Part shown: piece after piece, positions 38,893 to 49,420 of the stretch
How the letters are laid out: every line of letters starts with the position of its first letter
Position numbering within the stretch: position 1 is the first letter of the stretch
Assembly: GCF_039541115.1 (NCBI RefSeq)
Contig: NZ_BAABFP010000007.1
Span: 124,001 to 188,000, forward strand
DNA: 64,000 bases
Origin: Angustibacter luteus
GTDB taxonomy: Bacteria; Actinomycetota; Actinomycetes; Actinomycetales; Angustibacteraceae
Direction of reading: 5' to 3'
Program-made: the position numbers and the translations under genes
The notes under the pieces: model-generated
Databases searched by the model: none
Seen by the model: the letters and a program-made list of their open reading frames with translations, nothing else
Told to the model about the DNA's origin: nothing

Positions 38893-40890
38893 GTGGCTGG
38901 GACGACGGAGCACACGAACCTGCTGGCAGACCTGTCCGGGACGGTGCCGCTGCGCGGCGCGGACGTCGCGGTCACCCGCGAGCGCACGCGCCTTCGCCGG
39001 CTGCGCAAGGTCGCCGTGCTGCTGGGCGTGGTCCTGGTCTGGCTGTGGTGGCGGCTGCTGTCCGGCGACCCGGTCGGCATGCTGCAGCTGCCCCAGGTGG
39101 ACCCGATCTACCTGATGACCGGCTTGTTCTTCTTCGTGCTCATCCTGGCGACGGTGCTGAGCCTGACCATGACCGGTCGCTCGCCGCACGTGGTCATGCG
39201 CCCCGAGCAGATCGACGTCGGCCTGGACGACGTCGTGGGCATCGACGTCGTCAAGGCCGAGGTCGTGCGCACGCTCAACCTGTTCCTGGCGCACCGCACG
39301 TTCACCGCGCAGATGGGCGGTCGCCCGCGCCGCGGCGTCCTGTTCGAGGGGCCCCCCGGGACCGGGAAGACGCACACGGCCAAGGCGCTGGCCAAGGAGG
39401 CCGGCGTCCCGTTCCTGATGGCCTCCGCGACGTCGTTCCAGTCCAGCATGCAGGGCGCCTCGCAGCGCCAGATCCGCAGCTTCTTCAAGGCGCTGCGCAA
39501 GGCGTCCCGCCAGTACGGCGGGGCCATCGGCTTCATCGACGAGTTCGACGCGATCGCGCTGAGCCGCCCGTCGACCGCGATGACCGCGGCGCCCGCGACG
39601 TCCAGCCAGCTGCTCGGCTGCGGGGGACTGACCGGCCTGCCGATGTCCAGCTCGACCGCGGGGACCGTGCACAGCGCGTTCACCGGGCCCGGTGACGGGC
39701 AGATGACCGTCAACGAGCTGCTGGTGCAGATGCAGTCGTTCGACCAGCCGACGGGCGGGCAGAAGCTGCGCGGCAAGCTCACCGACCTGGTCAACCTGGT
39801 GCTGCCGATGAACCACCAGCTCAAGGGCCCGGGCGTGCCGTGGGCCAACATCATGCTGCTGGCCTCGACCAACACGGCGGACCGGCTGGACCCGGCCCTG
39901 ATGCGCCCCGGCCGGTTCGACCAGCGGCTCACCTTCGACCTGCCGTCCAAGGCCGGCCGCCGCCAGATCGTCGACCACTTCCTGGCCCGCAAGGCGCACG
40001 ACGCTGCCCTGGACGGCGAGGACCGCCGGGACGCGCTCGCCGCGATCACCCAGGGCTACAGCCCGGCGATGCTGGAAGGGCTGTTGGACGAGGCGCTGGT
40101 CCGGGCCGTCGAGGGCGGCCGGACGGCGATGACCTGGGCGGACGTCGAGCACGCCCGGATGATCACCGAGATCGGGCTCGGGCAGCCGGTGGGCTACACC
40201 GCGCACGAGGAGCGGCTCATCGCCACCCACGAGGCCGGGCACGCCACGATGGCCTGGCTGGTCGCACCCACCCGCCGGCTCGAGGTGCTCACCATCATCA
40301 AGCGCCGGGACTCCCTCGGCCTGCTCGCCCACGGTGACGCCGAGGACGTGTACACCCGCTCGCGGGCCGAGCTGCGCGGGCTGATCCAGGTCGCGTTCGG
40401 CGGCCAGGTCGCCGAGGAGCTGTTCTTCGGGGACGTCTCGACCGGCCCCGGCGGTGACCTGCTCTACGCCACCAACGTCGCCGCCCAGATGGTCGGCGCG
40501 GCCGGCATGGTGGACACCCTGGTGTCCTACAACGCGATCTCCGGTTCGGCGCTCAGCGACTCGAACCTGGTCGGCCGCGTGCTCGGGGACTCCGAGGGGC
40601 GCCGCATGGTCGAGGACCTGCTGCAGGAGCAGAAGCGGGCCGTGCGCGACCTCATGAGCAACAACAAGCACCTGGTCGAGGCCCTGCGGGACGCGCTGCT
40701 CGAGCGGCACGAGCTGATCGGCCCGCAGATCACCGACGTCCTGGAGGCGGCGGCCGCGCGCCACGGCGACCTCGGTCGCCCCGGCGTGGCCTTCGCCGAC
40801 GTCGTGATCGACCTGACGCAGGACCCGGCCGACCGGACCGACCGGCCCGCCGGGGGCGCCGGGGGCGACGGGGAGCGCCGCGTACCCTGA
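38893..40890 (+). CDS. FtsH-like membrane AAA+ ATPase / M41 metalloprotease paralogue
   Basis: Two TM helices; GPPGTGKT; FIDEFD; SRH TNTADRLDPALMRPGRFD; HEAGH; GGQVAEELFFG...GDL. Confidence 0.85.
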   Translation: MAGTTEHTNLLADLSGTVPLRGADVAVTRERTRLRRLRKVAVLLGVVLVWLWWRLLSGDPVGMLQLPQVDPIYLMTGLFFFVLILATVLSLTMTGRSPHVVMRPEQIDVGLDDVVGIDVVKAEVVRTLNLFLAHRTFTAQMGGRPRRGVLFEGPPGTGKTHTAKALAKEAGVPFLMASATSFQSSMQGASQRQIRSFFKALRKASRQYGGAIGFIDEFDAIALSRPSTAMTAAPATSSQLLGCGGLTGLPMSSSTAGTVHSAFTGPGDGQMTVNELLVQMQSFDQPTGGQKLRGKLTDLVNLVLPMNHQLKGPGVPWANIMLLASTNTADRLDPALMRPGRFDQRLTFDLPSKAGRRQIVDHFLARKAHDAALDGEDRRDALAAITQGYSPAMLEGLLDEALVRAVEGGRTAMTWADVEHARMITEIGLGQPVGYTAHEERLIATHEAGHATMAWLVAPTRRLEVLTIIKRRDSLGLLAHGDAEDVYTRSRAELRGLIQVAFGGQVAEELFFGDVSTGPGGDLLYATNVAAQMVGAAGMVDTLVSYNAISGSALSDSNLVGRVLGDSEGRRMVEDLLQEQKRAVRDLMSNNKHLVEALRDALLERHELIGPQITDVLEAAAARHGDLGRPGVAFADVVIDLTQDPADRTDRPAGGAGGDGERRVP

Positions 40891-40894
40891 CCGC

Positions 40895-41317
40895 GTGCCC
40901 TGGCAGCGTGCGACGTCGGGCCGGGGTGCTGGCGTCCCGGCTGCCCTGCGCGCTGCCGCGGTCGTGCTCGGCTGCCTGCTGCTCACCGCGGTGACCGCGT
41001 TCGTCGCCACGGTGACCCACCAGGGCGCCGTGACCGGGCCGGGCGGCGTGCGCTGGCCGGTGGGGCTGGGTCTGGCGCTCGCGCTGACCGCGTGCGTCGG
41101 TGCCTTCCTGCGCGCGCTGGGCCCTTCGCTCGCGGCCCGGTTGGCGGCTCTGGGTGGGTGGCTGCTGGTGCTGGCATGGGTCTCGAGCGGCTCGGCCGGT
41201 GAGGACGTGCTGGTTCCGGCGAACGGGCGCGGTTACGCGTGGCTGTTCGCCGGTCTGGTACTGCTGGCGGCCCTGCTGCTGCTCCCTGGGCGGGTGGCCC
41301 GCGCCGCCCGCGGTTAG
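40895..41317 (+). CDS. Small membrane protein (DUF6113-like)
   Basis: Four hydrophobic segments and GEDVLVP; similar genes usually follow mshB. Confidence 0.65.
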   Translation: MPWQRATSGRGAGVPAALRAAAVVLGCLLLTAVTAFVATVTHQGAVTGPGGVRWPVGLGLALALTACVGAFLRALGPSLAARLAALGGWLLVLAWVSSGSAGEDVLVPANGRGYAWLFAGLVLLAALLLLPGRVARAARG

Positions 41318-41326
41318 GGTCGGGGA

Positions 41327-41857
41327 GTGAGCCTCGTGGGAACGCCGTCCGATCCGCAGCCCCTGCGGGCTGACGCTGACGTCGCGCGGTTCCGGCGCGC
41401 GATGGCCCGGTTCGCGACCGGGGTCACGGTGGTGACCGCGCGGGTGGCCGGGGTGGACCACGCGATGACCGCCAGCGCCTTCACGTCGGTGTCGCTGGAG
41501 CCGTTGCTGGTGCTGGTCTGCGTGGAGCGGGAGGCGCGCTTCCACGACGCTGTCACCGAGTCCGGGTACTGGGGCGTGAGCCTGCTGGACGAGTCGGCGC
41601 GGACGATCTCGCAGTGGCTGTCCACCCGCGGGCGTCCGCTGCACGGCCAGCTCGACCGGGTGCCGCACCGCCGCGGCCCGGTCACCGGGGTCGCGCTGGT
41701 CGACCCGGCGCTGGCGGCCATCGAGTGCCGGACGACGGACCTGCACCCGGCCGGTGACCACTCGATCGTGGTCGGTGAGGTGATGTCCATCGACCTGCCG
41801 GACAGCCCGGACGGGCCGCTGCTCTACCACCGCGGCGCGTACACCCACCTGCGCTGA
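41327..41857 (+). CDS. Flavin reductase family protein
   Basis: FRRAMARFATGVTVVT, TSVSLEPLLVL, AGDHSIVVGEV and PLLYHRG motifs. Confidence 0.92.
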   Translation: MSLVGTPSDPQPLRADADVARFRRAMARFATGVTVVTARVAGVDHAMTASAFTSVSLEPLLVLVCVEREARFHDAVTESGYWGVSLLDESARTISQWLSTRGRPLHGQLDRVPHRRGPVTGVALVDPALAAIECRTTDLHPAGDHSIVVGEVMSIDLPDSPDGPLLYHRGAYTHLR

Positions 41858-41872
41858 GCCGGCTCGCCCCCG

Positions 41873-42934
41873 TCAGGACGGTGGCGCCACCCGGTAGTGG
41901 TAGCCGTGGTGGTCGGCGAACCCGAGACCGGCGTAGAGGCCGCGCGCGCCGCGGTTCTGCTCGGCGACCTGCAGGTACATGGACCGGTCACCGCGCTGCA
42001 TCGCCCACTCGGCCAGGGCGCCGAGCACCAGGGTGGCCAGGCCCCGGCGGCGCTGGGCGGGCACCACCTCCATCGCGGTGACCCCGGTCCAGCCGCGGGA
42101 CGACGCACCGCGGCCGACGGCGACCACCTGGTCGAGCGGTGGATCGGTGCCGCGCACCGTGACGAACACCTGCTCGGGTGCGGACAGCAGCAGCCGGCGC
42201 GCCACCGGGGGCAGCTCCTGGCCGCGGTAGTGGTAGACCGACAGCCACCCGTCGTCGGGCTCGGCGGCGTCGTGCAGCTCGAACCCGGCGGGCACCCCGG
42301 AGCTGGGGCCCACCGAGAACCCCGGCCCGCCCGGCTGGGCGACGGCAGCGGCGACGTCGCGGGTGGCGGCGCTCATCACCAGCGTCGGGGTGTCCACCTC
42401 GTAACCCCGTTCGGCGAGCAGGGCGTCGAGCTTGCTGTCGCGCTCGGCCAGCGGCCAGGGCAGGGCGAAGCGGGCGCCCAGTCCGCGCTCGGCGTACCAC
42501 TGCTCGGCCCGGTCGACGGCCTGCTCGAGGGGCAGGCCGGGGTCGCCGACGGCCAGCACCGAGTTGGCCCGGCCGGTGAAGCCGTCGGCGGCGCGCAGGC
42601 GCCAGCCCTGGCCGCGCACGCCGAGCCAGTCCAGCTCGAGCGGGCGCCACCCGTCGACCATGACGTCCTCCAGCCCCTCCCATCCGATGGCCCGGTGCGG
42701 CGCGCCGCGCCGCTCGGGCGGGGGCGGCACGGGCTTACCGGCCACGACGTCCGCGAGCGGCACGACGACCTCGCCGTGCCGGCTGCGGATGCGGGCCGTC
42801 CCGTCGCCGTCGGCGTCCCAGGACAGCAGCTCACCGAGCACGTCCGCGACCCGTCCGTTGCCGATCCGACGCCGGACGACGACCCGCTGGCCGACCTGCT
42901 CGGGACCCAGTCGGGGGACGATGCGACCGGACAC
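41873..42934 (-). CDS. GNAT N-acetyltransferase with N-terminal SH3-like domain
   Basis: VGQRVVVRR...DVLGEL...VVAGK N-terminal domain; GFTGRANS; QRRRGLA acetyl-CoA motif; YLQV...N..A..LY..LGF. Confidence 0.85.
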   Translation of the reverse strand: MSGRIVPRLGPEQVGQRVVVRRRIGNGRVADVLGELLSWDADGDGTARIRSRHGEVVVPLADVVAGKPVPPPPERRGAPHRAIGWEGLEDVMVDGWRPLELDWLGVRGQGWRLRAADGFTGRANSVLAVGDPGLPLEQAVDRAEQWYAERGLGARFALPWPLAERDSKLDALLAERGYEVDTPTLVMSAATRDVAAAVAQPGGPGFSVGPSSGVPAGFELHDAAEPDDGWLSVYHYRGQELPPVARRLLLSAPEQVFVTVRGTDPPLDQVVAVGRGASSRGWTGVTAMEVVPAQRRRGLATLVLGALAEWAMQRGDRSMYLQVAEQNRGARGLYAGLGFADHHGYHYRVAPPS

Positions 42935-43050
42935 GCCACCCCTCCCTGTTCGCGACGGCTACCGTGTCCGCGATACTAGGTGCGGACCTGGTCGACAACC
43001 GGGCCGCGTACCACGGCGTGCACGCGCCGTCTGTTCGAGGAGGATCGCAC

Positions 43051-43377
43051 GTGACGTACGTCATCGCCCAGCCCTGCGTCGACCTCAAGGACAAGGCCTG
43101 CATCGAGGAGTGTCCGGTCGACTGCATCTACGAGGGCGAGCGTTCGCTGTACATCCACCCCGACGAGTGCGTGGACTGCGGCGCCTGCGAGCCGGTCTGC
43201 CCCGTCGAGGCGATCTACTACGAGGACGACGTCCCCGAGCAGTGGAAGGAGTACTACACGGCGAACGTGGAGTTCTTCGACGACCTCGGCTCGCCTGGTG
43301 GTGCGGCCAAGCTCGGTGTCATCGCCAAGGACCACTCGATCATCACCGCCCTGCCGCCGCAGGAGCACGACGAGTAA
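43051..43377 (+). CDS. fdxA: 7Fe ferredoxin
   Basis: TYVIAQPCVDLKDKACIEECPVDCIYEG...CVDCGACEPVCP; GAGGAGG RBS. Confidence 0.96.
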   Translation: MTYVIAQPCVDLKDKACIEECPVDCIYEGERSLYIHPDECVDCGACEPVCPVEAIYYEDDVPEQWKEYYTANVEFFDDLGSPGGAAKLGVIAKDHSIITALPPQEHDE

Positions 43378-43379
43378 GG

Positions 43380-44495
43380 GTGCAGCTCCCCGACTTCCCC
43401 TGGGACTCGCTCGCGCCTGCCGCAGCGAGGGCCAGGGCGCACCCCGGCGGCATCGTCGACCTGTCGGTCGGCACCCCCGTGGACCCCACCCCGCAGGTGG
43501 TGCAGGACGCGCTGCGGGCGGCGTCCGACGCGCCTGGCTACCCGCAGACCTGGGGGACGCCGGACCTGCGTGAGGCCGTCGCGGGCTGGTTCGCGCGCCG
43601 GCGCGGCGTCCCAGACGTCGACCCGGACGGCGTGCTGCCCACCGTGGGTTCCAAGGAGCTGGTGGCGTGGCTGCCGACCCTGCTGGGGCTCGGTGCGGGC
43701 GACCTCGTGGTGCACCCCGAGGTGGCCTACCCGACGTACGACGTGGGCGCCCGGATCGCCGGTGCCACACCGGTTCCGGCCGACGGGACGGCGCAGCTCG
43801 GCCCGGCGTCCTCGGCAGGCCCGGTGCGGCTGGTGTGGCTGAACTCGCCGTCCAACCCGACCGGCCGGGTGCTCGGCCGCGAGCACCTGGCCAAGGTGGT
43901 CCGCTGGGCTCGCGAGCGCGGCGCGATCGTGGCGAGCGACGAGTGCTACGCCGAGCTGGACTGGTCCGCTGACGGGGTGGGGTCGGTGCCCAGCGTCCTG
44001 GACCCCGAGGTCTGCGGCGGTTCGCACGAGGGGTTGCTCGCGGTCTACTCGCTGTCCAAGCAGTCCAGTGTCGCCGGGTACCGGGCGGCGTTCGTCGCGG
44101 GCGACCCGGCGCTGGTGAGGCGCCTGCTCGAGGTCCGCAAGCACGCCGGGATGATCGTGCCCTGGCCGGTGCAGCGCGCCATGCTCGCGGCCCTGGGCGA
44201 CGACGAGCACGTCGCCGCGCAGAAGGCGCGGTACCGGGCCCGTCGTGACCGGCTCGCGCCGGCCCTGCAGCAGGCGGGGTTCCGGATCGACCACTCGCAG
44301 GCCGGGCTGTACCTGTGGGCGACCAGGGACGAGCCGGCAGGGGCAACCGTGGCCGGGCTCGCCGACCTCGGCATCCTGGTGGCGCCGGGGACCTTCTACG
44401 GTGCCGCCGGCGCCCAGCACGTGCGGGTGGCGCTGACCGCCTCCGACGAGCGCGTCGAGGCGGCCGCGCAGCGCTTGACGAGCCGCAGCGGTTGA
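43380..44495 (+). CDS. dapC: N-succinyldiaminopimelate aminotransferase
   Basis: LPDFPWD, DLSVGTPVDP, NSPSNPTG, SDECY and SLSK (PLP lysine) motifs; follows fdxA. Confidence 0.92.
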   Translation: MQLPDFPWDSLAPAAARARAHPGGIVDLSVGTPVDPTPQVVQDALRAASDAPGYPQTWGTPDLREAVAGWFARRRGVPDVDPDGVLPTVGSKELVAWLPTLLGLGAGDLVVHPEVAYPTYDVGARIAGATPVPADGTAQLGPASSAGPVRLVWLNSPSNPTGRVLGREHLAKVVRWARERGAIVASDECYAELDWSADGVGSVPSVLDPEVCGGSHEGLLAVYSLSKQSSVAGYRAAFVAGDPALVRRLLEVRKHAGMIVPWPVQRAMLAALGDDEHVAAQKARYRARRDRLAPALQQAGFRIDHSQAGLYLWATRDEPAGATVAGLADLGILVAPGTFYGAAGAQHVRVALTASDERVEAAAQRLTSRSG

Positions 44496-44649
44496 TCCCG
44501 GCTGTTCCGTTCGGGCGAGCCCTGATTGGTGGAGGTCGGGTACCGCCGGGTAGCGTCGGGGACGTGTGCGGCCGCCCGAGGCGTCGGCCGCCGGCTGGGC
44601 CCGACGTGACCCGTGGGCTGGTCGACGAGGACGAAGGAGCGGACGAACC

Positions 44650-45936
<1,287 letters not shown>

Positions 45937-45965
45937 CCCACCCAGCCCCACCCCAAGCCCCATCC

Positions 45966-46028
45966 CGCACCATTCGCGCTACCCGTGGCTATTCGGCCTC
46001 GAAAACCACGTGAAGCGCGAATGGTGCG
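45966..46028. terminator. Long imperfect palindrome between convergent genes (bidirectional terminator or REP-like element)
   Basis: Perfect 15-bp arms cgcaccattcgcgct / agcgcgaatggtgcg; inner pairs cgtgg/ccacg and ttcg/cgaa. Confidence 0.7.
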
Positions 46029-46037
46029 TCGGGTTTG

Positions 46038-46895
46038 CTAGGGGGCGAAGGTGACCACGACGCCGTCGCCGCCGTCGCTGGACGCCGTCCAGCCGTCGTC
46101 CGGCTTGGCGCGGTCCCAGACCTTGCCGTCCACGTAGACGCGTTCGATGCCGAGCCGGTCCGCACCGGCGACCGACCACTGGGCGAGCGACCACGCGGTC
46201 GTGACGCCGGGCGCGTCCAGCCGGACGCCGGGCACCTTGCCGGTCAGCCGGGACGACTGGACGGCGACCTGCTCGCGCCCCAGGGCCTTCAGGTACGGCG
46301 CTACGGCGGCCGCCCCGCCAGACGTCGAGTCGGGGTCCAGCCGGCAGGTCAGGGCCGCCTTGGAGTTCCCGGACAGCGCGGACGCGAGCACCCGGCCCTC
46401 CGGCTCGTGGTCGGCGTACGCCTCGGGGTAGGCCGAGCGCTGCACCTTCTGGGCGACCTTGGTGATCTCCATGGACCGGTAGCCCTCGATCTTGGTCAGC
46501 ACGTCGTAGAAGGCGTTGGTGGCGTACACGGGGTCACTCACCTGCGCCTTGGTGCCCCAGCCCTGGGAGGGCCGCTGCTGGAACAGCCCGAGCGAGTCCC
46601 GGTCCCCGTAGTCGACGTTGATGAACTTCGACTCCTGGCGGGCCGTGGCCAGCGCGATGGTGGCTGCCCGGGCCGGTAGCCCGCGCTTCATGGCGATGCC
46701 GGCGATCGTGGCCGCGTTGGCCATCTGCTCGGGGGTGTACTCGAACGTCGTGCCGGACGCGGTGGCCTGGCAGGACGGCGACCCGAAGGGGTGGCTGCCC
46801 CCGCGCAGGGCGAACGCGCCCACGCCGACCGCCAGCACCGTGACGCCGGCGAGCACGACGTTGCGGGTGACGCGACCGCGGTGGGACAGGGGCAC
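46038..46895 (-). CDS. Exported lysozyme/transglycosylase-like protein
   Basis: N-terminal TM or signal segment; ALATARQES...GDRDSLGLFQQRPSQGWG...AQKVQRSAYP. Confidence 0.7.
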   Translation of the reverse strand: MPLSHRGRVTRNVVLAGVTVLAVGVGAFALRGGSHPFGSPSCQATASGTTFEYTPEQMANAATIAGIAMKRGLPARAATIALATARQESKFINVDYGDRDSLGLFQQRPSQGWGTKAQVSDPVYATNAFYDVLTKIEGYRSMEITKVAQKVQRSAYPEAYADHEPEGRVLASALSGNSKAALTCRLDPDSTSGGAAAVAPYLKALGREQVAVQSSRLTGKVPGVRLDAPGVTTAWSLAQWSVAGADRLGIERVYVDGKVWDRAKPDDGWTASSDGGDGVVVTFAP

Positions 46896-46904
46896 GAGGG
46901 ACCG

Positions 46905-47858
46905 TCAGTTCGCGTGCAGGACGGCGTTGAGCTCGACGGTGGTCCCCGGGCGCGCGACCATCTCGACCCGGCCGGTGGTGGAGTTGCGGCGCAGCAGCAT
47001 GTTCGCGCTGCCGGACAGCTCGCGCGCCTTCACGACGCGCCCGGCCAGCTCGCCGTCCACGATCGTCACCTTGGTGCCGGCCGTCACGTACAGGCCGGCC
47101 TCGACGACGCAGTCGTCTCCCAGGCTGATCCCGATGCCGGCGTTGGCGCCGATCAGGCACCGCTCACCGACCGACACGACGTCCTTGCCGCCGCCGGACA
47201 GGGTGCCCAGGATCGAGGCGCCACCGCCCACGTCGGACCCGTCCCCGACAACCACGCCGGCGACGATGCGGCCCTCGACCATCGAGGTGCCCAGGGTGCC
47301 GGCGTTGAAGTTCACGAAGCCCTCGTGCATCACGGTGGTGCCGCTGGCCAGGTGCGCGCCGAGGCGGACCCGGTCGGCGTCGGCGATCCGGACGCCGCTG
47401 GGCACCACGTAGTCGACCATCCGGGGGAACTTGTCGATGCCGTAGACGGTGACCCGGCCGTGCTGGGCCATCAGCCGCCGCCGGGTCGCCTCGAAGCCCT
47501 CGACGGCGCACGGCCCGGCATTGGTCCACACGACGTTGGTGAGCACGCCGAAGAGGCCGTCCAGGTTCTGGCCGTGCGGCTGGACGAGCCGGTGCGAGAG
47601 CAGGTGCAGGCGCAGGTAGGCGTCGGCGGGGTCGGCGGGGGCGGCGTCCAGGTCGATGACGGTGCGCACCACCGACGTCCGGACGCCACGCGCCGGGTCG
47701 ATCCCGGCCAGCGCGGCCAGGTCGGCCGGGACGTCGTGCGGTCCGGCGTCCGGGGGAGCCTCGCCGAGCGCGGGGGCGGGGTACCAGACGTCCAGCACCT
47801 GACCGTCGTCCGAGGTGGTGGCGAGGCCGTAGGCCCAGGCGGCGCGGGGGTCGGTCAT
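46905..47858 (-). CDS. dapD: Tetrahydrodipicolinate N-succinyltransferase
   Basis: [40 protein letters not shown] and hexapeptide repeats. Confidence 0.95.
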   Translation of the reverse strand: MTDPRAAWAYGLATTSDDGQVLDVWYPAPALGEAPPDAGPHDVPADLAALAGIDPARGVRTSVVRTVIDLDAAPADPADAYLRLHLLSHRLVQPHGQNLDGLFGVLTNVVWTNAGPCAVEGFEATRRRLMAQHGRVTVYGIDKFPRMVDYVVPSGVRIADADRVRLGAHLASGTTVMHEGFVNFNAGTLGTSMVEGRIVAGVVVGDGSDVGGGASILGTLSGGGKDVVSVGERCLIGANAGIGISLGDDCVVEAGLYVTAGTKVTIVDGELAGRVVKARELSGSANMLLRRNSTTGRVEMVARPGTTVELNAVLHAN

Positions 47859-47883
47859 ATGCACCAGGATACGGGGCCGACGA

Positions 47884-48276
47884 TCACCAGCGGACCGGCC
47901 CGCTGGGCTCGGGACCGTCGCCCGGGGTGTCCTGCAGGTAGCCGAGCGTGGCGTGCGGCGGACGGCGCAGGGGCTCCAGGGCGAGGTCGGGCGGCGCGGG
48001 CGGCCCGCCCGGCTCGGACGGCGGAACCAGCACCCGGGACGGCGCCCAGACCTGGGTGGCCCAGCACAGGCCACCGAGCAGGACGGCGCCGCCGAACAGG
48101 AACGCGAACGCGTTGTTCGCGCTCGGCAGGCCGCCGCCGACGAACTGCCGCCCGAAGGCCAGCAGCCAGACGAAGGGCGGAGCGGTCAGTGCCAGCCGCC
48201 CCCGCCAGCCGAAGCTCGTCGGGGTCGCCGCGGTCCGGCTCGTCGCGTGCACGCGGTCCCAGTCGATGTCAGGCAT
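47884..48276 (-). CDS. Hypothetical membrane protein (2 TM)
   Basis: ORF fills the dapD-dapE gap; two hydrophobic segments; PTSFGWRGR motif. Confidence 0.55.
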   Translation of the reverse strand: MPDIDWDRVHATSRTAATPTSFGWRGRLALTAPPFVWLLAFGRQFVGGGLPSANNAFAFLFGGAVLLGGLCWATQVWAPSRVLVPPSEPGGPPAPPDLALEPLRRPPHATLGYLQDTPGDGPEPSGPVRW

Positions 48277-48333
48277 GCCTGGGGTATCGACCGGCCGGGC
48301 TCGGCGGTTGAGCGGGCACTAGGGTCGATGCCC

Positions 48334-49410
48334 ATGAGTGCGTCTGACATCCAGCTCGACCTGTCCCAGGACCCTGTCGACCTCACCCGCGCGCTGTGCG
48401 ACATCGAGTCGGTGAGCGGCAACGAGGGCCCGATCGCGGACGCCGTCGAGGCGGCGCTGTCCCGGCTGCCCTGGCTCACGGTGACCCGGCACGGCGACTC
48501 GGTGGTCGCCCGCACCGAGCTGGGCCGCGACGAGCGGGTCGTGCTCGCGGGGCACCTGGACACGGTGCCGCTGGCCGCCGAGCCCAACCTGCCCACCTGG
48601 TACGAGGGCGACCTCCTCTACGGGCGCGGCACGTGCGACATGAAGGGCGGGGTCGCCGTCCAGCTGGCGCTGGCCGCCGCGGTCCCCGAGCCCAGCCGCG
48701 ACCTGACGTTCGTGTTCTACGACGGCGAGGAGGTCGAGTCCGCGCGCAACGGCCTGGGCCGGATCTCCCGTGAGGCGCCGCACCTGCTGGCCGGGGACTT
48801 CGCGGTGCTGCTGGAGCCGACGTCCGGGCTGGTGGAGGGCGGCTGCAACGGCACCCTGCGGGTGGACGTGACCGTGCACGGCAAGGCGGCGCACTCGGCC
48901 CGGGCCTGGATGGGCCGCAACGCCATCCACGACGCCCAGGTGGTGCTGGGCCGGCTGGCGGCCTACGAGCCGCAGGAGGTCGAGGTCGAGGGGCTGGTCT
49001 TCCGCGAGAGCCTGAACGCGGTGCTGATCAACGGCGGCGTCGCCGGCAACGTGATCCCGGACCGCTGCGTGGTCTCGGTCAACTACCGGTTCGCGCCCAG
49101 CAAGAGCGTGCAGGACGCCGAGCACCACCTGCGCGAGCTGTTCACCGGGCTGGACGTCGTCCTGACCGACGCGGCGGGCGGGGCCCGGCCGGGCCTGGAC
49201 CAGCCCATGGCCAAGGCGTTCGTGGACCTGATCGGCGTCCCGGCCGGGCCCAAGTACGGCTGGACGGACGTGGCCCGGTTCAGCGAGCTGGGGATCCCGG
49301 CCGTGAACTTCGGCCCGGGCGACCCGCTGAAGGCGCACGCGGACGACGAGTTCGTCCCGGTCCAGGAGATCCGGGACTGCCTGCGGGTGCTGACGGCCTG
49401 GCTGGCATAG
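48334..49410 (+). CDS. dapE: Succinyl-diaminopimelate desuccinylase
   Basis: LAGHLDTVP, GRGTCDMKGG, DGEEV, AHSARAW, YGWTDVARF and AHADDE motifs. Start at 48328 or 48334. Confidence 0.95.
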   Translation: MSASDIQLDLSQDPVDLTRALCDIESVSGNEGPIADAVEAALSRLPWLTVTRHGDSVVARTELGRDERVVLAGHLDTVPLAAEPNLPTWYEGDLLYGRGTCDMKGGVAVQLALAAAVPEPSRDLTFVFYDGEEVESARNGLGRISREAPHLLAGDFAVLLEPTSGLVEGGCNGTLRVDVTVHGKAAHSARAWMGRNAIHDAQVVLGRLAAYEPQEVEVEGLVFRESLNAVLINGGVAGNVIPDRCVVSVNYRFAPSKSVQDAEHHLRELFTGLDVVLTDAAGGARPGLDQPMAKAFVDLIGVPAGPKYGWTDVARFSELGIPAVNFGPGDPLKAHADDEFVPVQEIRDCLRVLTAWLA

Positions 49411-49420
49411 CGTTCGGGGC

